Positions 1 to 10,231 of a stretch of DNA of 64,000 nucleotides are shown here, piece by piece. The DNA is from Candidatus Babelota bacterium (GTDB lineage: Bacteria > Babelota > Babeliae > Babelales > Vermiphilaceae). The stretch lies in NCBI GenBank assembly GCA_049325595.1, contig JBMOLF010000010.1, positions 64,001-128,000 on the forward strand, given 5' to 3'. Each line of letters opens with the position of its first letter. Positions within the stretch are counted from its first letter, which is position 1. Position numbers and translations under genes: made by a program. Under the pieces are notes generated by a model. It did not search any database. It was not told the DNA's origin and saw only the letters and a list, made by a program, of their open reading frames with translations.

Positions 1-317
1 AAAGTCTGGAGAAAATTTTCGTAAGTTTATCTGTATTTGCACCACATGCAGGATCTGAATTGCTTGAGCAACAACTTAATAAGAAATTGAGCGATTGTTG
101 TTGGCCTTCATTTGATCCAACATTAGCTGCAGATGATATTATTACAATAGTAGTTCAAGTAAATGGTAAAGTACGTGCAAATATTAATGCTAAACCGGGG
201 GCATTACAGCCTGAAGTTGAAACTCTTGCCAAGGAAGCGGTAGAAAAATGGCTTGAGGGTAAAGCAATTAAGAAAGTTGTTTTTGTAAAAGATAAATTAA
301 TTAGTTTTGTTATTTAA
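1..317 (+). CDS. leuS: Leucyl-tRNA synthetase, C-terminal fragment (runs off window start)
   Basis: Frame open from position 3: ...FAPHAGSEL...WP...IVVQVNGKVR...IKKVVFVKDKLISFVI, the typical LeuS C-terminus. Confidence 0.93.
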   Translation, partial: SLEKIFVSLSVFAPHAGSELLEQQLNKKLSDCCWPSFDPTLAADDIITIVVQVNGKVRANINAKPGALQPEVETLAKEAVEKWLEGKAIKKVVFVKDKLISFVI

Positions 318-365
318 AAATTTGCTTTCTTGTATAAACAATAAAAACAAACCTAAGGAGAATTT

Positions 366-773
366 ATGAAATTAGTACGCATTGCTGCTCTCGCTGCTTT
401 AACAGCATCATTAGCACAAGCAACCACACAATTAGATTTTGCATTAAAACTTAATGAAGAAGTTCTTGCAAAAGATACCGTTATTGTAAGCTCAGAAAAT
501 TCAGTTGCAGTAGGTACCACAACAGGTTTAACCGTGGTAGTCAATGTAGTTGAAGAAACTGAAGAAGCAGTAACTCTTAAATTTGATGTAGTACAAGATG
601 ATAAAGTAGTTTGTACTCCTGAGGCTGTTGTTACCTTTGGTGCTGATCAAGCAACTATTACCTGCCAAGGGCCAGTAAACTACGAATTAACTTTATCGGC
701 TCAAAAAGTAGTTGAAGTAGCACAATCAGAAGAAGCTGTGGTTGACCCAGTAGAAACTGAAGTAGCTGAATAA
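366..773 (+). CDS. Secreted acidic hypothetical protein
   Basis: AAGGAG RBS, signal peptide (AQA), Val/Glu-rich, followed by terminator. Confidence 0.8.
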   Translation: MKLVRIAALAALTASLAQATTQLDFALKLNEEVLAKDTVIVSSENSVAVGTTTGLTVVVNVVEETEEAVTLKFDVVQDDKVVCTPEAVVTFGADQATITCQGPVNYELTLSAQKVVEVAQSEEAVVDPVETEVAE

Positions 774-817
774 TTAAAAAGTGATGGGTGTATGAAGCTT
801 TCTTAATACAAGGAAGC

Positions 818-852
818 AAAAAAAGTGGGTCTTTTTATGACCCACTTTTTAT
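818..852. terminator. Bidirectional intrinsic terminator
   Basis: AAAAGTGGGTC-TTTTTAT-GACCCACTTTT between convergent genes. Confidence 0.85.
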
Positions 853-853
853 T

Positions 854-2188
854 TTAAAATAATCTACGACGAGTATTATATTTTTTTTCAGAAAAACTAT
901 CTTTTTCTTTGGTTTCTTCACCAGTAAAAGCGGCATTGTATTTACGTTTTGCACTAACTTTTTTTGGTGAGGGGCTTAAAGTTTCTTTTTCAGGACTAGT
1001 AATAGATTTTTTTTCTTCCGATTCTTTTTTTTCTACTTTTTTGTAGAGCGTACATTCTGATTTTAAGTTATCAAATGTTGCAACTAAATTTTTATATGAT
1101 TCAGGACTATAATTTGGATTAATACATGCTTGATTATACTCTGTTTCATTAAACTCAGTAGCATTACCGGTATATGCCATGACCAAATTATCTTTATCTC
1201 TAAGTATTAATTTTTCATGCATAATGTTTGGCATTAGACCATGCTTTTTAGTATTACCTTCATTGTATATAAAGGTGTTAATATTTTTGTACTCTACTAG
1301 CTCATTAAGTATTTGTTTTTGTTTATCACTAGTCGGATTGTTAATAATAATTTCAAATTCAGTTCCCTGTTTTGCTTGTTCTTTAATTTGATTGATAATA
1401 TCGGGAGCTGTCAGATTCATTGTAGCAATGCGTACTTTTTTACCGGTCAAACGATCAGCAGTGATTTTGTTTAATTTATGTTTTAATGAATCAAGAAAAG
1501 TAATTTTTTGCGGTGTACATGGAATAGTTTCTTTTTGTTCATCAATTTTTTTTGTTTCAGGACTTTTATCACCTGCCAATGGTACGCAAGTTTTTTTTAA
1601 ATTTTCAAATGATTTTATGGCATCGCAAACGACTTCGCTATTTTTTATTTTTTCCACAAATTCTACATTATGATAAGCATGACCTGAAAGATTACGTGAA
1701 CCCATGACTAAAATATGTTCTTTATCAAGATTGGTTAGTTTATCAACACTTTGTGAACGAGGACGTCTTTTTGCAATTACCGTTTTAGCATGCACGGGCA
1801 TAATGTGAGCTAAATGTACTGAAACTTTAGGATTTTCTTTGGCTATTTCTTCAGCGGCTTTTTTGTTGCGATTGGTGTCATCTAAAATAATTTCTGTTGA
1901 AGCTTTTGTGCTTTTTAATGCATCTATGAACCATTTATCAGTAAGGTGAGATGCTATTATTTTTAATTCGTCGCCTTTTTCTAAAGATGAAATTGTTGAT
2001 TTTTGTGGTTTATGAGGGCCACCTTTTTTGGCTGAAAAAACAAATTTTGTCTCAGCTTTTTTCTTGATTGGTGTGGAAATTGGAGTTGCTATTGGTGTTG
2101 ATGGATTGGTATTAGTATTATTTTCCATCCCAATAACCGGAAAAGCCATAAGAGATACAAAAACTATAATTTTTAGAATATTTTTCAT
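854..2188 (-). CDS. Secreted phospholipase D superfamily (Nuc-like) protein with two HxK motifs
   Basis: Signal peptide; HAK...GSRNLS and HEKLILRD...YTGNAT motifs; basic low-complexity tails. Confidence 0.8.
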   Translation of the reverse strand: MKNILKIIVFVSLMAFPVIGMENNTNTNPSTPIATPISTPIKKKAETKFVFSAKKGGPHKPQKSTISSLEKGDELKIIASHLTDKWFIDALKSTKASTEIILDDTNRNKKAAEEIAKENPKVSVHLAHIMPVHAKTVIAKRRPRSQSVDKLTNLDKEHILVMGSRNLSGHAYHNVEFVEKIKNSEVVCDAIKSFENLKKTCVPLAGDKSPETKKIDEQKETIPCTPQKITFLDSLKHKLNKITADRLTGKKVRIATMNLTAPDIINQIKEQAKQGTEFEIIINNPTSDKQKQILNELVEYKNINTFIYNEGNTKKHGLMPNIMHEKLILRDKDNLVMAYTGNATEFNETEYNQACINPNYSPESYKNLVATFDNLKSECTLYKKVEKKESEEKKSITSPEKETLSPSPKKVSAKRKYNAAFTGEETKEKDSFSEKKYNTRRRLF

Positions 2189-2372
2189 TAGGATTTAATC
2201 CTCCACGAGATTTTAATTTAAGTATCGCATAAATTGACAATATGTCAATATATGCCCTGGCAAATTATAATTATTATTTTGAATAATTATTCTATTTGCA
2301 AACAATTGGTTTGTTGAGTTTTATTCTTTAAAAAAGTTAATCTAAAAAAAGAATTTTAGGGGGATAAGCTAC

Positions 2373-2786
2373 ATGATAAAATACATTGCACTATTGATTT
2401 GTTTTAACCTATATGGTTACAAAAAAGACTGTTGGCAAGAAAGAAATAACCAAGATTCGGTAACTAGCTATTACAATTATACTTATTATCCCTATCGATC
2501 TCGTTATATTGGTTTGCCATTTAAACAACGTTGTGGGGTAAATTTAACTGATCAGGAAATCATAGAGATCGAAACAGAACTTGCTCAATTTAATCCACTT
2601 ACTCCTATTACTGATAGTTTTATCTATTTATACAGAGAAACCGTTACTGGTAAGATATTAAAAGATTTGTACGATAATCGCATGGCGACTATTGTAGGTG
2701 AAGCATTACGCATTATTCAAGAAAGTCATGCAGCTCAAACAAGAAGACAAAAAACGAGTGAATTTGATAGTGATGGTGTTTTATAA
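2373..2786 (+). CDS. Hypothetical protein, probable signal peptide
   Basis: GGGG RBS, hydrophobic N-terminus, no recognised domain. Confidence 0.65.
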   Translation: MIKYIALLICFNLYGYKKDCWQERNNQDSVTSYYNYTYYPYRSRYIGLPFKQRCGVNLTDQEIIEIETELAQFNPLTPITDSFIYLYRETVTGKILKDLYDNRMATIVGEALRIIQESHAAQTRRQKTSEFDSDGVL

Positions 2787-2803
2787 TACTAAAGGAGTGT
2801 AGC

Positions 2804-3937
2804 GTGCGCATTGCTATGGTATCAAACAACTATACTCCTTATTCAGGGGGAGTGGTAAGTTCACTTAATGCTATTGTACCTCAGCTGCAGGCGCTTGGTC
2901 ATGAAGTAATTATTGTAACATTAGATTTTACAGGTGATCATTGCGATCCTGACTATGTTATTCGTATAAAAACATGCCTCAAATTTTTATATAAAAATAA
3001 TCATATGGCATTACCCTGGCGGCTGCATCAGCAACTTCAACAGATTTTAATAAATTATAATCCGGATATTATTCATATTCATCATCCTTTTTTATTAGGA
3101 GCTGCGGCGGTCAGGATAGCAAAAAAACTACAAAAAAAAGTTATTTTTACGCATCACACGCTCTATCATGCGTATGCTCATTACATTCCCTTTGCGCCCA
3201 TTGCTCTTACTCAAAAATGTATCAATGCATTAGTAACATCGTTATGCAATAAAGTTGATGGAATAGTTATACCAACATTTGATGTAATGCAATTTTTAAT
3301 CCCCGCTATACATTACAAAACAATAGTATTGCCAAGCCCGCTACAATCACACTTTTTAAACAATCAATTTATACCAAAAAACAAAGAGTCTAAATTTCGG
3401 TTACTCACCATTGGGCGTATGGTTCCCGAAAAAAATGTAAAATGGCTTTTAGAGATGTTTACTGGTTTAAATCCTGAATTATTTGAGTTTACTCTTGTTG
3501 GATATGGTTCTAGTTATAACGAATTGCAAACCTATGCGTACGATCTATTAAAATTATCTTCAACAACAGTAAAATTTGTTCATAAACCGGATAAAGAATT
3601 ACTTAAACTTTTTTATCGTAATGCTGATTTATTTATTTTTGCAAGCCAAACTGATACACAGGCTTTAGTCTTAGCCGAGAGTATGGCATTTGGTACACCA
3701 GTTATTGCCCTTGATGGTGTTGGACAACGACACATCGTGGAACAGGGCTATAATGGCTATCTAGTACATTCTCATCATGAAATGCGATTACTAATACAAG
3801 CGTTAGCCAATGATGCAGATCATCATATGTATTTACAAAAAAATGCTTTTCAAACGAGTCTTGGTTATCATCCAGCTGTATTAGCAGAAAAATTGATTAC
3901 TTTTTATCTAAAGACTGGCTGCAATACTGTTTGTTAA
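2804..3937 (+). CDS. GT4 family glycosyltransferase
   Basis: MRIAMVSNNYTPYSGGV, HIHHPF, GRMVPEKN, DTQALVLAESMAFGTPVI motifs. Confidence 0.92.
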   Translation: MRIAMVSNNYTPYSGGVVSSLNAIVPQLQALGHEVIIVTLDFTGDHCDPDYVIRIKTCLKFLYKNNHMALPWRLHQQLQQILINYNPDIIHIHHPFLLGAAAVRIAKKLQKKVIFTHHTLYHAYAHYIPFAPIALTQKCINALVTSLCNKVDGIVIPTFDVMQFLIPAIHYKTIVLPSPLQSHFLNNQFIPKNKESKFRLLTIGRMVPEKNVKWLLEMFTGLNPELFEFTLVGYGSSYNELQTYAYDLLKLSSTTVKFVHKPDKELLKLFYRNADLFIFASQTDTQALVLAESMAFGTPVIALDGVGQRHIVEQGYNGYLVHSHHEMRLLIQALANDADHHMYLQKNAFQTSLGYHPAVLAEKLITFYLKTGCNTVC

Positions 3938-4451
3938 ATCTTGCAATATAAAAATGTATTGCTTTTTTCTCTAGCGGATCAATAATGTCATTAATTGAAT
4001 AATCACTTTCGTAGCTTTCACTACTGTCACTTTCTGAATCTGTTTCATTGGCTTGATAAGCAACTTGTGTTTGCAAGAGCAATGGCTTATAAGTTTTTTC
4101 TAATTTATTTTGATCTTTACGAACAATTTCAATGGTATACTCATAGCATTGAATAATATTTTGTGAGCTTTGGGTTATTGGGTTCATCAAATAGCTACGA
4201 CCGATTGGTTGTAAAATAGTGAGTACCGTTTGTAAAACCTTAATTTTTTCATCAGGAGTTTCAACAAAATTATATTTTTCCAAACTATTTTTAGCTTCGA
4301 TTGCCTTTGTTTCTAAGAGAGAAAAAGGAGTATCGGCTTGGTGAAGCATTTTTCTTAGATTTTCAATTTGATTGTTTATCTTAATAAAGTTTGCTTGTGT
4401 TAACTGGGTGAGGAATATTAACAAAAGAACTACAGTTTTTTTCATATTCAA
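3897..4451 (-). CDS. Secreted hypothetical protein with acidic Ser-rich patch
   Basis: MKK signal peptide (TQA), ETDSESDSSESYESD. Confidence 0.65.
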   Translation of the reverse strand: MNMKKTVVLLLIFLTQLTQANFIKINNQIENLRKMLHQADTPFSLLETKAIEAKNSLEKYNFVETPDEKIKVLQTVLTILQPIGRSYLMNPITQSSQNIIQCYEYTIEIVRKDQNKLEKTYKPLLLQTQVAYQANETDSESDSSESYESDYSINDIIDPLEKKAIHFYIARFNKQYCSQSLDKK

Positions 4452-4665
4452 GCGCTTTATTTTTTTATTTTTGAACTGAGTTTAGTCTAATTCTATTGTA
4501 AAGCAGAAAAACAGATAATTAAAATTTTATATTTTTAAACATATAAATTCTATAATTATTCAAAAATTAAGAGAGACTATCAAATAAGGTAGACGGTAAA
4601 GGTATATACAAAAAAACAAACTTGTATTACAATTGTAAAATGTTTTAAAAATAAAAAGGGCAAAA

Positions 4666-6636
4666 ATGGACAAATTATTCAAACTTCATGCTCCTTTTCC
4701 GCCAGCCGGCAGCCAACCTGAAGCTATCAAACAACTTGTCCAAGGCAGACCCGGTAAATCTACCTTAGTTGGGGTAACTGGATCAGGAAAAACTTTTACT
4801 ATGGCAAATGTCATAGCACAACAAAACAAGCCCGTGCTTATTTTGGCTCCTAATAAAACACTGGCAGCGCAGCTCTATGAAGAATTTTCCTTATTCTTCC
4901 CAGAAAATAAAGTTTGTTATTTTGTAAGTTATTATGATTACTATCAACCAGAATCATACTTGCCCGCTACCGATGTATATGTTGCAAAAGAAACAAAAGT
5001 TAACAGTGAAATTGAGCGATTACGTGTCGAAGCTACTGCATCTATTTTACAACGTAAAGATGTAATTATTATTGCATCGGTATCCTGTATATATGGATTA
5101 GGTAATCCCCATGATTATAAATATCTTGCGTTTCCTATAGCAGTAGGCCAGGAAATGAGCCGTGCAGAAATTGTTCGAAAGTTAATTTCAATTCAGTATG
5201 AGCGTAACGAGATAGATAAAAAACCAGGAAGTTTTCAGGTTCTTGGTAACACCATTGAGGTGCAACTTCCGTATAGTAAGGAAAAATTGCGTATTGAATT
5301 GTTTGGCAATATGATTGAAAGCCTGCAATGGGTCAGCAAGCTCAACAACACCGTTGTCGCACAATCGGATGCTACTATAATATTCCCTGCAAAACACTTT
5401 GTGACCACTGAAGAACGCCAAAAAGCAGCGCTTGTAAGTATTCAACAAGAATTAGAGTTATGGGCACCACAGTTGCAAAATCCCATTTACAAAGAACGAA
5501 TTGAAAAACGGGTGGCTCATGATCTTGAAATGCTCAAAGAAGTAGGGTATTGTACCGGTATTGAAAATTATTCAGCACATTTTGATGGTCGTAGTGCAGG
5601 TGAACCGCCATATTGTTTATTTGATTACTTTCAAGATGATTTTTTGTTAATAGTTGATGAGTCGCACATTGCTATTCCTCAGTTGCGTGGTATGTATGCT
5701 GGTGACAAAGCACGTAAAAAATCGTTAATTGAGTTTGGTTTTAGATTGCCATCAGCCTCTGATAACAGACCGTTAAAATTTGAAGAGATCGAACGTTATT
5801 TTAATGACGTGGTGTTTGTTTCTGCAACACCGGGATCTTATGAACTAGAAAAATCAGATATGATTGTTGAGCAAATTATTCGCCCAACCGGTTTGCTTGA
5901 TCCAAAAATTGAGATTCATTCTCGTAATGGGCAACTTGATCATCTTATTGAACAAATCAAATCAACGACCGATAAAGGTTTCCGTACATTGGTAACGGTG
6001 CTTACAAAAAAAATGGCAGAAGACCTAGCGCGCTATCTTGAAGAGCGTCAAATAAAAGTATGCTATTTACACAGCGAACTTAAAACTCCGCAAAGAACAG
6101 AGTTAATACAAAAATTACGATTGGGTATTTTTGATTGTTTGGTCGGTGTTAATCTTCTTCGTGAAGGGCTTGATATTCCAGAAGTGGCATTGGTTGCTAT
6201 TATGGATGCTGATATTGAAAGTTATTTGCGTGATAAACGATCGTTGATACAGATTATTGGTCGCGCAGCACGTAATACTAATTCGCGGGTATTATTGTAT
6301 TCAGATAAAATGACCGATTCAATGCGTAACGCGATTGATGAAACTAATCGACGTCGAGCATTACAAGAAGCTTATAATCAAGCTCATGGCATTGTACCTA
6401 AAACGGTAAAACGTGAGGTTACCAAAACTATTACTGATATTCAAAAAGCAATTGCACAAGCTTCAGAGAAAAAGCGAAGCAAGAAAAAATCTGCCGAATT
6501 AACAACACCAGATCAAATCAGACAGCGTATGGCTGATATTGAGCAAGCCATGGCAATAGCGGCAGAAGAGCTTGATTTTGAAAAAGCAATTTCTTTGCGT
6601 GATGAATGGTTTGAGTTAAAAAAGAAATTGGAATAA
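4666..6636 (+). CDS. uvrB: Excinuclease ABC subunit B
   Basis: GVTGSGKT, FVSYYDYYQPE, DESH, NLLREGLD, GRAARN, C-terminal UVR domain. Confidence 0.99.
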   Translation: MDKLFKLHAPFPPAGSQPEAIKQLVQGRPGKSTLVGVTGSGKTFTMANVIAQQNKPVLILAPNKTLAAQLYEEFSLFFPENKVCYFVSYYDYYQPESYLPATDVYVAKETKVNSEIERLRVEATASILQRKDVIIIASVSCIYGLGNPHDYKYLAFPIAVGQEMSRAEIVRKLISIQYERNEIDKKPGSFQVLGNTIEVQLPYSKEKLRIELFGNMIESLQWVSKLNNTVVAQSDATIIFPAKHFVTTEERQKAALVSIQQELELWAPQLQNPIYKERIEKRVAHDLEMLKEVGYCTGIENYSAHFDGRSAGEPPYCLFDYFQDDFLLIVDESHIAIPQLRGMYAGDKARKKSLIEFGFRLPSASDNRPLKFEEIERYFNDVVFVSATPGSYELEKSDMIVEQIIRPTGLLDPKIEIHSRNGQLDHLIEQIKSTTDKGFRTLVTVLTKKMAEDLARYLEERQIKVCYLHSELKTPQRTELIQKLRLGIFDCLVGVNLLREGLDIPEVALVAIMDADIESYLRDKRSLIQIIGRAARNTNSRVLLYSDKMTDSMRNAIDETNRRRALQEAYNQAHGIVPKTVKREVTKTITDIQKAIAQASEKKRSKKKSAELTTPDQIRQRMADIEQAMAIAAEELDFEKAISLRDEWFELKKKLE

Positions 6637-6665
6637 TATCCATTTATAACAAGACTAAAATGTTT

Positions 6666-6699
6666 AAGATAGCGCAATACCTGCGCTATCTTTTTTTTT
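6666..6699 (+). terminator. Intrinsic terminator after uvrB
   Basis: AAGATAGCGCA-ATACC-TGCGCTATCTT followed by T run. Confidence 0.88.
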
Positions 6700-6754
6700 A
6701 TCATTACTGCTAGACTTGGAAGCAAAAAAACAGCATTTTAATCAAAGGAGTATA

Positions 6755-8833
6755 ATGATAAATAATCGTATTGTTTTTGGACTTGTCGCTATAGCGTTAT
6801 CAGTCCTATTCATTGTTAATATTTTACCAGGTAAATCGCTTATGCATGTAAATTCAATTAAAGATATTGAACAGTTGTTTTCTAAATCACCAGACCAATA
6901 TCGTTCACAGGTGCAAAAATATTATGAAGAATTAAAAAAAACTATTGCTCAAATAATTGCTATTCCACGTCACGAGCGTACCTTTGCAAATACCGCTTTG
7001 GCTCTTGATCATGCTCTTGCATTTTCTAATCTTGCAATTACTAGAAATATTTTACAGGTGCTCGATTTAACCACTACTGATAAACAAATGCGAGAAACAG
7101 CACAAGATTTGTCGGTAAAAATTGAAGCAATGTATGTAGATGAAATTGCCAGCAACAAAGCTTTATACCAAGCATTTAAAGATTATGTACAACACAATGC
7201 AACCAAAGAAGAGCTTACCAAAGAGCAGCGCTATTATCTTGATGAAACAATGCATTCTTTTCAGCGTGAAGGCTTAGAATTACCCGATGAAAAACTTGAG
7301 CAAGTTAAACAATTAAAAAAAGAATTAGCAGCTCTTACTATTGAATATGATAGTAATATCGCAAAAGATGCGACTACTATACCCGCAACTAAAGAAGATC
7401 TAAAGGGCTTGCCAGAAGATTTTATTAATGCTCTTAAAAAAACTGATGACGGGAAATACTTACTTACGCTCGATTACCCAACCTATTTTACGGTTATGGA
7501 AAATAGTGAGGTAAGTGAGACGCGAAAAAAAATGCGTTCTGCATTTAACAATCGTGCATATCCTGCGAATAAAGCAATTCTTGAAAAAGTTATTGAAAAA
7601 CGCGATCAGTTAGCAAAACTTCTTGGTTATGATAGTTATGCAAATTATGATACATCTGATCAAATGGTAAAAAATGCCGATCGTGCGTATGAATTTGTTT
7701 CTTCGATAGTTACCAAAGCACAAGATAAAGCACGCAAAGAATTTGAAAACTATACAGCAAAATTACCTGATTCAGTAACATTAGATCCGCAAGGTCGCAT
7801 TTATCCATGGGATGAAGCATATGCACGAAATGTGTATAAAAAAAGCTATGACATTGACGAGTTAAAGATAGCTGAATATTTTCCGATGGAAAAAACAGTT
7901 AAAGGATTGTTTGATATTTATCAAAAATTTTTCGATCTAGTTTTTGTCCAAAAACCCATAAGTGTGTGGCATGAAGATGTGTCGGTTATTGAAGTTTCTC
8001 ACAAAGATGGTGCATTCATTGGATATTTGATTTTAGATTTGCATCCTCGTCCTAATAAATATACCCATGCGTGTGAAGCAACTATTATTCCAGCAACCTA
8101 TGTTAATGGAAAACCAAATAAAGCAGTATCTGTCGTTCTTGCGAATTTTCCAAAATCAACACCGACTAAACCTTCGTTATTAAAACGTTCTGATGTAAAA
8201 ACATTTTTCCACGAATTTGGCCATGCCTTGCATGATCTTCTTGGTCGTAGTCTTTTAGTGACTATGGCAGGAACCAATGTTAAACGTGATTTTGTAGAAT
8301 TGCCTTCACAGATGCTTGAAAATTGGTTAAATGATCGCCAAATTTTAAAAATGGTAAGTAGCCATTACCAAACAGGTGAGCCGTTGCCAGACGGAACACT
8401 CGATGCAATTATAAAAATAAAAAACTTGTTTAGTGGTACTAATACGCTGGTACAAATGATCTATGCATCGTTGTCACTTGATTATTTCAAGCCGGGTGCG
8501 CAAAAAGATGTTGATGCTATTCAACGTAAAATTTATGAATCAATTCGTCCTTACGTTGTATATGATGAAAATGATCGTAGTTATGCATCATTTGGCCATT
8601 TAATGGGTTATGGTGCTAAATATTATGGCTACATGTGGTCTAACGTATTTGCACTCGATCTTTTTGAACAGATCAAAAAAGCCGGTTTGTTAAATCCTGA
8701 AATTGGTAAAAAATATGTTGAAGCCGTTATAGGTCGTGGTGGTACTGCTGATCCCGATGAATTGCTTTACGACTTTTTAGGACGTCAACCGACGGAAGAT
8801 GCGTTCTTGCGTGACATGGGATTAAAAGAGTAA
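6755..8833 (+). CDS. M3A family oligopeptidase (thimet oligopeptidase/OpdA-like) with N-terminal anchor
   Basis: LDLHPRPNKYTHA, FFHEFGHALH, DFVELPSQMLENW, YYGYMWS; AAGGAG RBS before ATG 6755. Confidence 0.95.
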   Translation: MINNRIVFGLVAIALSVLFIVNILPGKSLMHVNSIKDIEQLFSKSPDQYRSQVQKYYEELKKTIAQIIAIPRHERTFANTALALDHALAFSNLAITRNILQVLDLTTTDKQMRETAQDLSVKIEAMYVDEIASNKALYQAFKDYVQHNATKEELTKEQRYYLDETMHSFQREGLELPDEKLEQVKQLKKELAALTIEYDSNIAKDATTIPATKEDLKGLPEDFINALKKTDDGKYLLTLDYPTYFTVMENSEVSETRKKMRSAFNNRAYPANKAILEKVIEKRDQLAKLLGYDSYANYDTSDQMVKNADRAYEFVSSIVTKAQDKARKEFENYTAKLPDSVTLDPQGRIYPWDEAYARNVYKKSYDIDELKIAEYFPMEKTVKGLFDIYQKFFDLVFVQKPISVWHEDVSVIEVSHKDGAFIGYLILDLHPRPNKYTHACEATIIPATYVNGKPNKAVSVVLANFPKSTPTKPSLLKRSDVKTFFHEFGHALHDLLGRSLLVTMAGTNVKRDFVELPSQMLENWLNDRQILKMVSSHYQTGEPLPDGTLDAIIKIKNLFSGTNTLVQMIYASLSLDYFKPGAQKDVDAIQRKIYESIRPYVVYDENDRSYASFGHLMGYGAKYYGYMWSNVFALDLFEQIKKAGLLNPEIGKKYVEAVIGRGGTADPDELLYDFLGRQPTEDAFLRDMGLKE

Positions 8834-8854
8834 ATAACATACTTTTTTTGATAC

Positions 8855-8890
8855 AATAGGTCCTGAATTTTATTTCAGGACCTATTTTTG
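8855..8890 (+). terminator. Intrinsic terminator
   Basis: AATAGGTCCTGAA-N6-TTCAGGACCTATT perfect stem then T run. Confidence 0.88.
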
Positions 8891-8901
8891 TTTGGAGAAT
8901 T

Positions 8902-10221
8902 GTGAAGAAATTATTTTGCTTGTTTTTTATATCGATGTCGATTGGTGCAATGGAAGAAAAAGATAAGCCAATTGTTTTGCGCAGTTTGTCCGAACTTCTT
9001 TCACAAAAAAATATAAAAAAAGACTTCAGCATTAATTTAGTTTCGGAAGGTTTAACATCATTAGAAGGTATTGCTAATGCACGATTTATTAATAAATCAA
9101 AAAAATTTTGGAAAGAGGAAGTTCATTTATTGTTCATATCACACAATTTTATTAGTCATCTTCCTGATGAAATTGGGGAGTTTGTCGCATTAACAAATCT
9201 TTGGGCTACGCATAATTGTATAAATAACATGAGCCCTCAAATAAGTAGGTTAACCAATTTAGAACACATAAATCTTAACTATAATCGACTCGAGGAGTTA
9301 CCCATATCAGCTGGATTTGGATTCCTAAAAGAGTTAGGATTACAAAATAATTTATTAAAAAAGTTACCAGATTTATCATATTGTAGTCGCCTAGAAGTTC
9401 TTCATTTAAACCATAATAACTTATGTAATTTAACTGATGAAAAAGGCAATATTATTTTACCAGTTAGTCTTATTAGTTTGAGTGTAAGCAACAATAAGAT
9501 AACTAGTTTACCAAAAGATATAACGCAATTATCGAGGTTAATGTTTATAGATATTTCCTATAATCCACTTAATGAACTTTCTATTGATGGTGAAAGTTTT
9601 ACTAGATTGTCTAATTTAAATTTTAGCAATTGTTGCATAAAGAAGCTATCTAAGAGTTTTGGTAATATACAATATGATGGTGATAATTTTTTGCCTTTTA
9701 TTATAAACTTATCGGCAAATCAGCTGTCGGCAATGCCAGCTAATTTTGATAAAATATCTGGAAAGTTTCTTGTTAGTTTAGAAAAAAATTGTTTTACAAG
9801 AATAGGAAAGAGTTTATGCAAAAAGTTAAAATACGTAACACATTTGAATTTGGCTCTTAATCCCATTTATGAAATAAGCTTAGCAATTGAATTACTTCAA
9901 CGATTGATTTATTTAGACTTAAGTAATTGTCAGATTAAGAAGCTGCCACGCGAATTAAATTTATGTCAGTTGGATACTTTTAAGCTAAATAATAATCAGC
10001 TCATGGAATTGCCAGATGCTATTACACAATTAACAAATTTAAATTCACTTCAAATATTAGATAATCATCAACAATTACTAACATATATTTTTGATGATAA
10101 AAATAATAAAGCCATATTTAATTTTATCCAACGTTTACGTAAACAAAAAAATGTTCAATATGGCAATCCATTACGCCAATTACCTACTGATATGAAACGA
10201 GAAATTTATAAACATCTTTAG
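8902..10221 (+). CDS. Secreted leucine-rich repeat protein with C-terminal F-box-like motif
   Basis: Signal peptide, repeated LxxLxLxxNxLxxLP; ends LRQLPTDMKREIYKHL. Confidence 0.88.
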   Translation: MKKLFCLFFISMSIGAMEEKDKPIVLRSLSELLSQKNIKKDFSINLVSEGLTSLEGIANARFINKSKKFWKEEVHLLFISHNFISHLPDEIGEFVALTNLWATHNCINNMSPQISRLTNLEHINLNYNRLEELPISAGFGFLKELGLQNNLLKKLPDLSYCSRLEVLHLNHNNLCNLTDEKGNIILPVSLISLSVSNNKITSLPKDITQLSRLMFIDISYNPLNELSIDGESFTRLSNLNFSNCCIKKLSKSFGNIQYDGDNFLPFIINLSANQLSAMPANFDKISGKFLVSLEKNCFTRIGKSLCKKLKYVTHLNLALNPIYEISLAIELLQRLIYLDLSNCQIKKLPRELNLCQLDTFKLNNNQLMELPDAITQLTNLNSLQILDNHQQLLTYIFDDKNNKAIFNFIQRLRKQKNVQYGNPLRQLPTDMKREIYKHL

Positions 10222-10231
10222 GAAAATAATT

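Noticed and set aside
4627..4638. TTACAATTGTAA palindrome upstream of uvrB as an SOS box
   Set aside because: AT-rich, matches no LexA box I can name, and no copy seen before recD2 or recO
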